DNA of 64,000 bases from Eledone cirrhosa (GCA_964016885.1 OZ024743.1:310744001-310808000), one strand, 5' to 3'. Shown: positions 27,254 to 40,620, counted from the first letter of the stretch. The notes: a model not told the origin generated them from the letters alone. Made by a program: numbers and translations.

Positions 27254-28295
27254 ATAACTGCATTGTATCTTTCTAGGGACTATGTTTAAAAATAAACCTC
27301 ATTTGGTCATTCAATGAGAGTATCGTGTTCAACCTTTGAAGACATCAGCCTACGGACATTTCAGCCGAACCTCGAATATCTCTGTTATAGATGACATGAA
27401 CCACAGGGAGGCATAGACGTCCTATCCGACATTCCCCAAGGTTTTTAATGGACCCTTAATAATGGTAGGTAAATCCGAAATATATCAGAACTAATAAATT
27501 GCAAGTTTGCTAGACATAACCACTATACACGTATATATTTATCATAAATTTCTTCTGCTTAGACTCCATTTAATATATAATGTATAGATAGGTATTCAAA
27601 GCGGAAATACTTAAATGTACATTTTAAGAAAGTTATGTGAAAGTTTCAATCTCTGCCAAGTTAATTTAAGCCATTTTGAGGAAATAAGATTAAGGAATCA
27701 CTATACTTTACAACAGAACACATGATTTCCATTTAATCTAAATATCAAATGATAAATTAATAGACTTTCTGATTTGCAGTCGCGCCTTCCCTTGCTTCAT
27801 TAATTTCTTAAATCTAACAGTGTTAATTCTGTTTTATCTCACTTTATTATATCAGACATTAAAGTAATAGCTAATACCGATTTCATTATTAAAAATTGCT
27901 ATGAAAACTTCAAACTTATTCGCTAATTATACAAACATATAATTCACACATCTGCTATTCTAAACATTATTTTTGAAGTTCAAATTAGGTATACAATTAT
28001 AATAATACAATCACAATAAACAAATGGTCGTCGGTGTGTGTGAGTGTGTGTGTACTCACTCACACTAATTGTGACCGTCCGAAACTCTACAGATTTGATG
28101 CTGAGATTAGACCTGTCCAGCGTCTTTTTACAGCTATTGAGAGATAGAAACTTGATAGATTTATGACCCTGACTGAAGACGATAGCAGTTGGCGTGTTTT
28201 GGCTGCTGTATCTTCATATGGGAACAAAACTCTAGTGAGTGAACATCGTTAGTTTTTCCTTCCTCATATCAAAGATTTGAAGGACATGTCATTAT

Positions 28296-28369
28296 TCACC
28301 TGATGAGATCAGTGATAATCGATCATGACCACACGATCGATCTATCGCTTATGGAAACATGTGTCGTGA
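28296..28369 (+). ncRNA. Type I hammerhead ribozyme with a long stem II and GUC cleavage triplet
   Basis: TCAC CTGATGA gatc-AGTGATA-ATCGATC-loop-GATCGAT-c-TATCGCT-tatg GAAA CATGTG TC GTGA. It lies about 190 nt upstream of the (TA)n at 28559. Confidence 0.75.
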
Positions 28370-28555
28370 TTAAAATGATTGGAAATTTATACCATGCCTT
28401 AGGATCTTTATTTTGATACAAATACTCCGTTTTACATCATCTAGCTGTTCCCATAAATGGAATTGGAGATATACAAAAGCGTGGAGAACTTAATATTGCT
28501 AACAAAAGTTTATTGGACCGTATGACACAACTAATAATACACCTTACTATATAAC

Positions 28556-28669
<114 letters not shown>

Positions 28670-28684
28670 GTATATATATATGCG

Positions 28685-28725
<41 letters not shown>

Positions 28726-28893
28726 CATTAGTACATTTACCAACATATGTGTACAGATGTTCACCTATGCTAGCAAATATATATTTATGTCTTAGTACCT
28801 TTGTGGTTCTATCCAGGGGGATGCAGAACAATTATATGAAAGACGTAAAATAAGAAAATTTTAAAAATTAAAAATCAACTTACTAAAATTTTC

Positions 28894-28975
28894 ACTCCAA
28901 CTAATTAGTTTCTGTAAGAGGATAAATATAGTTACATAATATAACTATAGAGAATTCCTTACGTCATCAGGGAGT
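28894..28975 (-). ncRNA. Type I hammerhead ribozyme, copy 1
   Basis: ACTCC CTGATGA c GTAAG...TATAGTTA/TAACTATA...CTTAC a GAAA CTAATTAG TT GGAGT. Confidence 0.78.
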
Positions 28976-29430
28976 CTATTCTCAGCTAAGTTCCCAGGCG
29001 ATGCGCGGACACTAGGAACCCATATAAAAATAATAATAATTCAGTGGATGGAATAAAGCTAGCGAGGACTAAATTCCGGAGCACTGAAAAAATTCACTGC
29101 CTCTAGTCAGTGGCAGATTCTAAAGAATCAATCACGTGACACTGAGGTTAATCAGTTAGGAGTGGGGTGGTATTATGACAAGAGCCTACTACTACCATGA
29201 ATCAGCAGTAAATTTTGGCAAGTTTTGGTCAACAAATAATTTGGAGTTAAATATAGAGAATTAGTACATTTACCAACATATGTGTACAGATGTTCACCTA
29301 TGCTAGCAAATATATATGTTATGTCTTAGTACCTTTGTGGTTCTATGCAGGGGGATGCAGAACAATTATATGAAAGACGTAAAATAAGAACATTTAAAAA
29401 ATTAAAAATCAACTTACTTACTAAAATTTT

Positions 29431-29514
29431 GACTCCAACTAATTAGTTTCTGTAAGGGGATAAATATAGTTACATAATATAACTATAGAGAATTCCTTAC
29501 GTCATCAGGGAGTC
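29431..29514 (-). ncRNA. Type I hammerhead ribozyme, copy 2
   Basis: Same fold as copy 1, with stem I GACTCC/GGAGTC. It lies 538 nt from copy 1. Confidence 0.78.
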
Positions 29515-29663
29515 TATTCTCAGCTAAGTTCCCAGGCGATGCGCGGACACTAGGAACCCATATAAAAATAATAATAATTCAGTGGATGGAAACTAATTAG
29601 TTGGAGTGAAAATTTTAGTAAGTAAGTTGATTTTTAATTTTTAAAATTTTCTTATTTTACGTC

Positions 29664-29714
<51 letters not shown>

Positions 29715-29966
29715 AGGGATTATAACATCAAGTTACTGTAGGTTCACGAAAGTGAGCACTCAATCCAATGTCCACTTTTGTTCCAATTAAGTCACGTGTA
29801 TGTCAGATGTATACAGCCATCCCCCACGAACCAGTACGGCATAGAAACTCCTGTACCACTGTGACACTAAGTGCAGACCCACCAAGAGACCATACATAAA
29901 ACAATTAAACCTTCAGAGAAGTCTTGCAAGAAACAATAACGCCACCAATGTACACATGAGTGTATA

Positions 29967-30066
<100 letters not shown>

Positions 30067-32589
30067 TATGTGTATGCATAGCAATAATTGTCAGCCAGTC
30101 TATGTGTGTCACCGAGACTGTTTACGCCTGTGAGCAACTTTATAAGTATTTACTATCGGTCGAGTAATTTATATTTCACATTAAAAAAAAAAGAAAATAT
30201 TTATACAATGGCAACACCGGGTATCATAGTTAGTAACCAATATATTTATGACCGTTAATACGCTGGTTGTTAATTCTTCAGTGATTTCAATGAAACACAA
30301 AAACGAAAATGTAAATTTAATTGCAAATGCTATCAGATATTTACAAACCCAAATAAAATAATTATATTTTTCTCTTGTCTCAAGTGATTGCTCAATTTCA
30401 ACTATTATTTAATTTCACAGAATTCAAGTGCTGTTTAATTGAAATGGATTATTTATTATGAGAAAACAAAATGCAGTTATTTCTTTCTTGGAATTAATTA
30501 TTAGCGTGAAATTGAATATCAAAATATGTATCATCACTTCTGTGAGAATGTCAATAAATGCAAAACAATTAAAAGTCATGTAGGAATTAATGCAAATAAA
30601 CTATGAAATATTTTATTGACAGATCTGAGCGTTGAATTAAGTAATAAGGAAGCTAATCAAATATCGAATAATTGCAATGGAGAAGTCATCAAGATATTAC
30701 CTCAGGTGATTAGATGAAAGAAAGATAGTATAACATCACTTATCATGGCATAAAATATATGATTTGATTACATCCGATGCACAGAAAATGTATTAAAATA
30801 ATAACTGATTAATATCTTATCCGTTATTTGTAAGCATCGGAATACTTCTTTTTGGGTGTGGGGAATTATACATTCGTAAAATTGTTTTGCATTTTGTGTA
30901 TAAATATATGAAGATTAAGAACCTTGAAAGAGTGTGTAGCTCGGAGACAAGAGACACACTCCAGGTAGAGCCGCTATTTCTCCGAATTGATAGATCACAT
31001 ATCCGATACTACGGACTTGGGATTAGAATGCCTAATTATTAAGTAGTACCTCGTCTTAAATACGTCGCTTTCATATTCTAATGATATCTAAATAAATATA
31101 GATATGTATAACGTAAATATGACCGTTATTGCTCCACTCTGTCTGCAAAACTCTGAGCAAACAACCTAAAAGGAACGCCAAACTGTACTCATGACTCCTG
31201 CTAAACCAAACCGTGACCCACCTGCCAAATTTGGCAAACTGAATGCGGGGCACCCACCTTCCCAAACTCAGCAAACCAAACACGGACCGCAGCAGCTAAC
31301 AAATGGGGAAGACAGGCGTTATCAAGCTGTAGCTATAATATTACGTAGTTTCTACACAATAATGCTAATAAAGCTATTATTATATGACATTCATAGGGAT
31401 ATATCACAGTATTTAAACGGCCGGCAATTTCTCATATTTCTCAAGATTTAACTGATAATATATAAATAATCAACGTAATAAATTACCATTATATCGCCGG
31501 CAATCATCCTGAAGAGATAATCAGTCTTACATCCATAATGCTGCATACACCAGACCTGTAATCTAATCTCTGTTACACATTTAAAACCAGCTCGGTTGGG
31601 TCGTTAATAATAAAGTGTTTTTTATAATGACAATATATTTTTGGGTAGTGAGAGACGCAATATGTGCTGGGTGTAACCGGCATAAAAATATAATCTGTGG
31701 ATGTAACAACTGATTGATCATATGAAACATTGCAATTTTTCCTAGATGCAGTAGATAAACATATTTACCTGGCTAATTTCGCCTTTTTGATATATACTAT
31801 TAAGTAAAATAGAATAACAAAAGTGTTACCTTAAGAATGAACTTCAGAACCAAAATATATATCTTCCATTAACAATTAGTAGCCCTATACAAACTAAGGT
31901 GAGATGAAAAATGAAGTAGCGTACCCACACCTCGAACCGTATTTCGGCTACACACACAAATATCCTAATCTGCGTCCAGAAAAAGGCCACGTGAAGGGTT
32001 GGCTAGAAGTCAGTCACAGACATGTTCCAACTTCTGGCCTTCGGAAATAGTTTCCTCATCCATATTTTCACCGGGCTGCCAGGTCGGGTCGAGCCCACTA
32101 ATCACTAATCTGTCAATTATTTCTCGAAATCGGTGACCTTCTATATTTTCTACTCCGTAGCCGTCAACAGTATCGATCACATCGTCTTAGAAAGCCAGCA
32201 TATTTTATAGACATTGCCTCTTCCTCGAAACTGAACTGCCAATACCAACCAAATATTAATATCTAACTTACATGATAACATTTAACAATTGTATATACCT
32301 CAAGAAAATGTAATAAATATATGCAAATATTTTCCGCTTGACTTTTTATTAGAGGCTATATCTATCAATTATTGGGTATTGATTTTATATAAGTGTAGTT
32401 ATTTGATTCCTACGTAAAAACATTGTTTCAAAACAACGAATAATAACAAAAGACATATGTAGAGAAAGGAAAGGAAGAGGAACATACATAAGGCAAAGGT
32501 TTGGTCAATCTGGAGCATAAGGAGAAAGAAACTATCACGTAAAATGGATATGGGGGAATTATAATAAGTTATCTTTCTTTAAAGAAGGC

Positions 32590-33030
32590 TACAATTCACA
32601 TACACATACATATATACATATATACATAAATACACACACACACATACAGATATACATATATACTTACAAACATACATTAATTCGTCATATATGCATACAT
32701 ACAGATATACATAGATACATACATATAATAAATGAATAAATACATATATACATACATAGATGTAGGCATACATACATGCATACATACATACATATATGGA
32801 TACACGCATACAAAAAAGAACGCATATATATAGACACACATACATACATGTATCTATCTATCCATACACACATATGTTCATATATAGATATATACTTATA
32901 TACATACATAAATACGCATACATACATACATACATATACATACTTACATACATACATACATGCATACATACATACACATACATACATGCATACATACACA
33001 TACAGGCATACTTACATACATATGTAATAT
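32590..33030. repeat. Degenerate (TACA)n/(TA)n microsatellite
   Basis: Seen directly in the sequence. Confidence 0.9.
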
Positions 33031-33884
33031 AATGTGATATACACAGTAATATGATATTATATATAACATTTCAAAAGAATTGATTGTACCTTGAAATATG
33101 TTATTTGTAATAATAGTAAAATGTTCAGCAACGGTTATTTAATGTTTTGAAATATATAATCATCCTTACATGAAACTTCTTTTTATCGGAATGTAAAATT
33201 ATATCCCTTTATTGAAGTAAAATGTGTTTAGGATTGAATAACAATAGATCTCGATGGCGTTTTCTACATTAAATTGTTTCTTATTATTGTTTTATCGCTA
33301 CTACCACTTTCCATTATGTTAAATAATAATAATGTTGTAATACTTCTAAAGTTTTATCTCAAACATTATATAAAGTAAATCTTGTAACAAGAGGTTGACA
33401 GGTTAGGCGATTGACCTTTATATTTGGATATACTGGGTATAGAGTCATACTTTCTATCGATTATATAATACAATGTTTATCAGCTATATAGAGATCAATT
33501 TTGTTTAATAATAAATAACTTTAGATTGTGGAAATATGTATATTAATTTACTCCCGATGGATAGCCAGTCTGACCAAAGCCGGCACCAATATTACTTCAT
33601 CAATATAGTCACACTTTCTCGACGGTTTCCTCTGAAACTAATAAATATCAGTCATCCAATGTGCTGATAATGTAGGTTTGTTTGTATTACCTGCAGTATT
33701 AAAGGCGGTGGATTGGCAGAATCGGTCAAGCTTCGGGCGACATGCTTTTGCAGCATAGAGTTACGGCCCTTGTCGGTCTGAGTTCAAATGCCGATTTAGT
33801 TTAACTTCCCATCCCTTCATATTGCTGGCATTGTGTCTAAATCAGTAATATTACTGAACTACAACCAGAAGATATATATATATA

Positions 33885-33920
33885 TTTCGTTTCTGAATTT
33901 GTTTAGCAAGATTCTTTATC

Positions 33921-33924
<4 letters not shown>
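33885..33924 (-). mobile_element. 40-bp terminal tag of the PLE family at 34-1985
   Basis: TTTCGTTTCTGAATTTGTTTAGCAAGATTCTTTATCTGAA is identical to 34-73 and embedded in (TA)n. Confidence 0.8.
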
Positions 33925-33978
<54 letters not shown>

Positions 33979-35274
33979 GTATAATAAACAATACAATATA
34001 ATTACCTCATTACCAGAGGTTTACCGAATAAGACCAATACGAAAAACGTCCTCATGCGTTCGTCGGATAAGGCAATTTAAAACATAGTGAAATATTTGAA
34101 AAATCTCCTCAAGAAAGGCAAAAGTTTAACGGGCAAAAAAAATATAAATAAAAGTAATGCAAGAGATATATATAAAAAAAGAAAATATAGTTAGGGTATG
34201 TGTATAAATGTGTGTATATTGACTCACAAATGTACATAAGTGTGTATATACAAATGCATGTGTATAGTGAAAAAATGTGCGTAAGTACATATATGAGGGC
34301 AAGCATATCAGTGTATGTGTGATCACAAATACGTATATAATATATGTTGAAAAAGGAATTGTAAGATAATAGAGTTAACGTACGTCCAGATACAGGTATT
34401 AAGGAATGAAATATACACACATACAAGTTTGAAAGCACGCGTATAAACACACACACACACGCAATCACACACATGCGAGTGATGTATAGAGGGAAGGAAG
34501 TACTATCAGCCAAAAGGGTGTCAGTCTGAGGCTCGATACATATATAAATGAAACAATATAAGAGAATAAAAATGTTTAAATCAAAGAGAAAGTAAGAGAA
34601 AGGGGTTATCAATTATAAATTAACACTAGAAAAAAAGAAAACAAACATAGGTTCGTACGTACACACATATATATAAACAAATATATATATATAAATACGT
34701 ACAGACAAAAGCACATAAATGCGTACATACATACAGAGGCGCGCATACATACACACGAAGCACATATATATATATCGCCACATGTATATCTAATCACACG
34801 TACATACGCGACTATATATATACACACATACATACACATACATAAATATATATATATATATGCATATAGACATACATTCACCCATACACACACACACGTA
34901 TATATAAGTATGTAAAAAACATAGATATAAAAACACACATACACACACATATATACACACACACGTACACATACGGAGGCGTTCGTATACATATACAGAA
35001 CGCATACACATACATGTACACTCACGAGCATAGATACAAATTATAACAAATTATAAACCAGCGAGTACAAATGAGTACAAATATAAAAGCGGCTGCGAAG
35101 CAACAGAATATATCTAGAGTTGAAAACGCAAGTGACATAGTGAATATATTAGGTAAGTGAATCAAAAATTAGGTGGGGGGGGGGGTCACTGGTGGATGTG
35201 AAGTAAAAATAAATATATCAGAAAGAGAAGTCTGTAAAGAGGATAATTAAAGGAAAGTGAAGAACAAGAATTTA

Positions 35275-37423
35275 TGGAGGATAAGTATCTGAAAGTGAGT
35301 TAAGTTTATATGAACTGGAAAGCAAGTGTGATTTCATGTGTGGGCAACTGGTGAAAATTTCTGTTTTTGCATTTAGGCAGGTTTTTGGTGATTTAAGATT
35401 CTGTAAAATCTAATATTTTTCACTTGTGCAGAGTGTGCATCTTCTTGTTCCTCTTGCATATTCTTTAGATTGGTTCAAAATTGACCAATCCAATTTATAT
35501 TGGACACCTTGGTATTTCAAATCCCATATTCTGCTAGCCAGAGCTGTTGCAAATCTTTTTTCAGGATGTCGGAAAGATGCGACATGTGAGTAATAACGCG
35601 TTTTGAACTTGTCTTGAGTCATACCCACATATCGTTCGCTGGTGGCTGGTAGGTTGTTGCTGATGGTTGTCACTTTAGCCGCATATACAATGGCTTTGGT
35701 GTTGCATTTACCTTGTAATGGGCATTCACTTTTGACTCTACAGCAGTAATTTTGATGTTCTCTGGGTGTTTTCTTATTGAGGATATAAGATTTAATAGGG
35801 GACCGCAGGAGTAGCTAATTTTGACACAGTTTCTATTGAAGATATTATAGCATCTATGTGTTCTAGGGAAATGTTTATCTAAGAGTTCTAGGAATGTTTT
35901 GCCTACATTAGTTTTAACTGCTAGAGAGTAGGAGGGGGGGGGGGGGGGTTGAACCAGATTATTTTTATTTTTCTATTATTATGTTTAAAGGAGTTAGTAT
36001 TGTCGGGTATGTACTTAATCGGTTCGCTGAATCTGCTATTTTTAAGGGCTTTACTATAGTAGGGGGATGCCTTATTGAAAATAGCTTCTGAGGAAGAGAG
36101 GGTGGATATCCTACGGCTAATATTAGGGATAAGGTTCTTAAAAACTATAGGAGGATGGCAGGAGCCTTTATTTATATATTTTTTTAATTTTCATTAGGTT
36201 TATGGTACGGTTTATAAGAAGCAGTAGGCAGATCTAGGATTATATCTAGAAAATTAACGTTGGAAAGGTTAGTGTCAATGGTAATTTTAAGATTAAAACT
36301 AGCGAAGGTTTCTATTAAGTCTTTCCTTAATCTATCTAAGTTATGGCCTATGTTGGTATGGGAAAGTATTAGTCCATCGTCGCGATAAAGCCCAAAGGTA
36401 TGGTTAGGGAATTTCTCTTTATGTCTGTGTAGGAGGAATAGGCCGACTAAATCACAAACATCAGCACTGTCAAAAGAACCCATTGAGACATCGAATGGGT
36501 TCTATGGGTTAGATATTTTTATCCAAGTGTCATTATTAGTAAAAAGTAGAGTGTTTCTAGCATGCAAAATGACATTCTCTTCAATATCAGAAATATTGAT
36601 AAACTTTCTAGCGAAATGTAAGGCTTTCGTTAAAAGAGGGTGAGTAATAGACGGGTAGAAGTCTACAATGTCAAATTGGGTAAATCTAGAACTATTTTTA
36701 TCTTTAATATTATTAAACCAATGTACCACGAAAGAGCTATTTATCCATTGGAGTAATTCAGACTTACTTCTAATATGTGTGTTTATATTATTTAATATTT
36801 TTTGGCTAGCAAGACCGATTTCAGTCTTAGCAGGGTTGATTAATCTACAACTGGGAGGATTACTAAAGTGTGGTTTGTGATCTTTGAGGGTGATATAGGC
36901 ATTACGTTTAGCAAGCATTTCTGTTCTATTGTCTATTTTTAAAAAACTAGCTAATTCTTTAGCTTCCTTATTTATATTATCATACGTGTTTATATTAGCT
37001 ATTTGGTATTTAGAGGTGATGTTATCTGTTAAGGGTTGGTCATGTAAATTATTATTAACTTCGTATAAATTTTTAGTTTTGTCAGAGAAAATGAACTTAT
37101 TTTTTAGAAGATTTGAATATTGAAATATCATTAGATAGTTTAGATTGAAAAGGGTTAGAGTACTTACGAAATTTGATATTGTTGATTAAATTAACTAAGT
37201 CTAGTTCAAAAGCAGTCATATCTTTTACTCTTTGCGGGTATTTATGAGTTTTGATATCAAAATGTTCTGTAGAGTCTGTGTTAAAGTGTCCATTGAAAAT
37301 CAAAGCTTTCCATCTCATTCTTTCAACAACTTTCTCTACTTTGTCTATCAACATCATAGTGTAGGAAGTGTTAGAAGGTGTTGGGATATTCTTGATGGAG
37401 TAATCAAAATGATATTTATCCAT
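35275..37423 (-). pseudogene. PLE RT plus GIY-YIG polyprotein, broken by stops and frameshifts
   Basis: ORF pieces 37097..37423, 36502..37131, 36184..36483 and 35410..35673. Confidence 0.9.
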
Positions 37424-37644
37424 GTTCAGTATTGGTTTAAAATCCTTTGACTGAAGAGTGCTCGACTTTAAAAGGGCTGGAAGGTACCAATCTCATAAAA
37501 ATGTAGAATATGCTACGATCCTTCCCTTGGGAGCTGTATAAGTATTGAAGTTTACGTTTAAAATTGAAAAAGTCATAGGAGTGAAGAGTGCTATATGTAA
37601 GTGCCAGAGCTAAATTTAATGTATAATAATAAACAATACAATAT

Positions 37645-37720
37645 AATTACCTCATTACCAGAGGTTTCCCGAATAAGACGAATACGAAAAACGTCCTCAT
37701 TCGTTCGTCGGATAAGGCAA
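37645..37720 (-). ncRNA. Variant type I hammerhead-like motif with a CCGACGA core (second copy at about 34001-34075)
   Basis: TTGCCTTAT CCGACGA A CGAATGAGGACG...CGTCTTATTCG G GAAA CC-tct-GG TA ATGAGGTAA. Confidence 0.65.
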
Positions 37721-39249
37721 TTTAAAACATAGTGAAATATTTGAAAAATCTCCTCAAGAAAGGCAAAAATTTAACGGGCAAAAAAATATAAATAAAAGTA
37801 ATGCAAGATATATATATATGTTATAAGCAATATAAGTTGAATTCTAGCATCTTCATATTTATATTAGTGGTAATAAACTCACAGGAGAGCGGGTCTGCAG
37901 AAGGTCTTCAGAGAAGAAACCCTTATCAAGCAAGTGTTTCGGGACTTCTTTGATTATGAGGTAGTCTATACATAGATTATTAGGTACAACATTAATTGAT
38001 GCATAGTTTTTATAGCTGTGAGCGTTGTTTTGACAAAGGAAGGATGTTATTGATGCCTAGTGTTTGAAAAATTGTCTCCAGTTAATGTCACTTTGCCACA
38101 TAAAGAATCATACTTGTTTACGAAGTATATTTACTTCATATGGCATAATTGCTTTTCTATATTAAAAACTGGATGTCTGATAAATCATGTAACTTCAAAC
38201 TCGCTAATAGGAATTAAGTTTAAATAGATTCTAACTGTTCGCATGAAATAGTTTTTATTACGAGATGAGTTAATGGTACCTCAATTTTAAATTTCAAAAT
38301 TATCATCTAAAGAGAATAGACAGATGACCAGTAAATATGTTACATATGACTTAAATAATAACTGAATAACAACAGCTTCTATTATTTTACTTTACTCACG
38401 AGTGACCGAGGGTGATGCTGTTAGCATAACGATTGTGAGGGAAATCGATTGGCAGAATCATTAGATCGTCGAACAACACGCTTTATGACATTTGCTTACA
38501 TTCCGAGTGCAACACGGGCCGAGGTCAACTTTGCAATTCACACCTCCAGTAACGAAATGATGGTATGAATCCTAATCTCTCCAACGTCAACTTTACTTTT
38601 TCCCCTTGATGCATGGTTCCGTAACTCCTGGTTGTGTCATAGAGACGCCGTATTAACATACGTCGTTTGTAGGATATTTTAACATTTTAAAACATGGTGG
38701 AGCCCATCGTTCTTCAGGTCAGAATACGGCAGATTTCTTCCACTGAAGAATATAGAAGGACAGAATGAACGTGAGAAAGAGATATGGAGGAAACATCAAC
38801 ACCAGTACTTTTTTACTGACCCCAAAAGGAAGGAAGGCAATGTAGGCCTCGGCGGAATTTGAACTGAGAGAGCAGAGAGCCGAAATGAATACCGCTAAGT
38901 ATTCTATCCAACGTTTTAACGATTCTGTTAATTTGCCGCCTTTTCACCTTCAGGAGTTGATAAAATTAAACACCAGTCAAATACTTGCTTCGATTTTAGA
39001 TACTGATGCATTGAAATACGAATTATTGTATGATGGGATGACAGAATCATCTGAGAGTCGAACAAAATAGTTCATTATTTTCATTCTAGCTCATGACGTT
39101 CCGAATTTAAAGACCATCGAAATAAAGTTTTCCTTTCATCCTTTCGAGGTGAATAGCATAAAACTCCTGTCAAGTAATAGAATCAATATAATCGACTTTA
39201 CCTTCCTACTAAATTGTTGACAATTGCACATAAATTAGAAACTATTAAA

Positions 39250-39606
39250 AGAACGATATACAAGAATGCTTCGAGGTGCTTTGGACATCTCTTGGAGACA
39301 ACACCCAACGAAAAAACTTCTCCGTGGTAATTTACTACCAATAACACACGTCATCAGAGAAAGAAGAACAAAATTCGCTGGACATTGTTGGAAAGCAAAA
39401 GATGAGATCGTCAACGACATTCTTTTATGGGAACCGAAGCATGAGTTTTCTAATGATGTTGGACCACATCGAACCTATATAAAGCAACTGTGCGAGGAAT
39501 CTAGGTGTACACGAGGCGACCTACTACAAGGAATAACCGCCCAAACAGATTGGAGAGAACGAGTCATGGTGATCCGTGCAATAAGCACGCCCGGATGATG
39601 ATGATA
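39250..39606 (+). mobile_element. RTE-clade LINE 3' fragment with a (GAT)n tail
   Basis: YTRMLRGALDISW...RRTKFAGHCW...LLWEPKH...RTYIKQL. Homologous to the C-terminus at 53111-53460(-). Confidence 0.85.
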
Positions 39607-39789
39607 ACCATGGTAAAGGCCAATATGTAAACAATGTGTAATGATAAGATTCAATTCAAAAGGAAGGAAAATAATTTTCATCGATTACAACTCCTGGCAG
39701 AATTGTCACTTATTTTCCGGTGACAGAGGGTACGATTTGAACTCAGAACGCACAGGACCGGAGGAGATGTTGTAAGGCACTCAGTTCAA

Positions 39790-40070
39790 GTGGCCTAGTG
39801 GTAAGGTTGGTGGAGTTACGATCATAATGTCATGGATTCGATTCCTAAATTGGTTTGCGTTGTGTTTTTGAGAAAAACACTTCATTTCACGTTGTATACT
39901 CAACTGAAAATGAGTACTAGCAATGGCTGGGCATTTAATTGCGATGGCCTGGCGTCCTGTCCATGGAGAGGGAAGTGTTTGTACTCTCAGTTACTTCCCG
40001 CCAGGGAAACTGGGATAAGCACTGGCCTGAAGAACCTGCGGGCTCAAGACAGACTTAAACTTGTTTTTAG
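39790..40070 (+). mobile_element. tRNA-derived SINE of a second family (V/Meta-like central domain)
   Basis: A-box GTGGCCTAGTGG and B-box GATTCGATTCC, then GCGATGGCCTGGCGTCCTGTCCA...GAAACTGGGATAAGC. Confidence 0.65.
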
Positions 40071-40348
40071 GCTTTAATTATTCAGCCTCTCCACCAACCA
40101 CTGACTGATAATTTATTTATCGATCTCGAAAATATGGGAAGCGAAGTTGACCATAATCTGCAGTGATTTAGAAGTACACAGGTATATATTCCAACGTTAT
40201 AACGACTTAATGCATCGTCGTAAAAAAAAGTGAAATACAGGAGGAGAATATGACATCATCAGCTGATAGTGTGCCTACTTGTGGAATTTTAAATGTCTCA
40301 AAAACATGATGCAGCATTGTTATTAATTAATTACCAGAAATGCGACAG

Positions 40349-40453
<105 letters not shown>

Positions 40454-40620
40454 GGGAAGAAGACGCACGAGGTGACGGAGGTCATGAAATCGCTCCCGTA
40501 AGTTTTGAATTTTTAACATATTTAAATCATTTGTGAAATAACAACTCTTAGTACAAATGCTACGTAAAGCACCCGGCTTGAGCCCCAAAAAAATTCGGAC
40601 CCAAAATATATTGTTATAAG

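Larger units (their letters stand above)
28727..29670 (-). mobile_element. Non-coding tandem-repeat element with two hammerheads (non-autonomous PLE / retrozyme-like)
   Basis: Direct repeats 28727-29053 and 29260-29591 with a unique spacer between them. An inverted partial copy lies at 29589-29670. TA/GA microsatellites flank both sides and there is no ORF. Confidence 0.8.
33978..37815 (-). mobile_element. Near-full-length Hydra-clade-like PLE with direct pseudo-LTRs
   Basis: Direct repeat 33978-34170 / 37619-37815. RT motifs FDIVDFYPSI, MGSFDSADVCDLVG and YRDDGL. CxC linker and C-terminal GIY-YIG (YVGMT...R...H...CTLC). Confidence 0.92.

Noticed and set aside
30200-32500. Possible host-gene exons in the less repetitive stretches (also 17600-19600, 23300-24400, 50200-52100)
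   Set aside because: There is no ORF with recognisable protein features or convincing splice context. Short exons cannot be excluded without RNA-seq.
35275-37423. Programmed recoding (selenocysteine or frameshifting) to explain the broken PLE ORFs
   Set aside because: The breaks are TAA/TAG stops and homopolymer indels, consistent with decay or sequencing error. They are not in-frame TGA codons at Cys positions.
40454-40500. Hammerhead at the 5' end of the RLE element (hairpin followed by GAAA)
   Set aside because: The core would be CGCACGA rather than CUGANGA, and no stem I or stem III forms.
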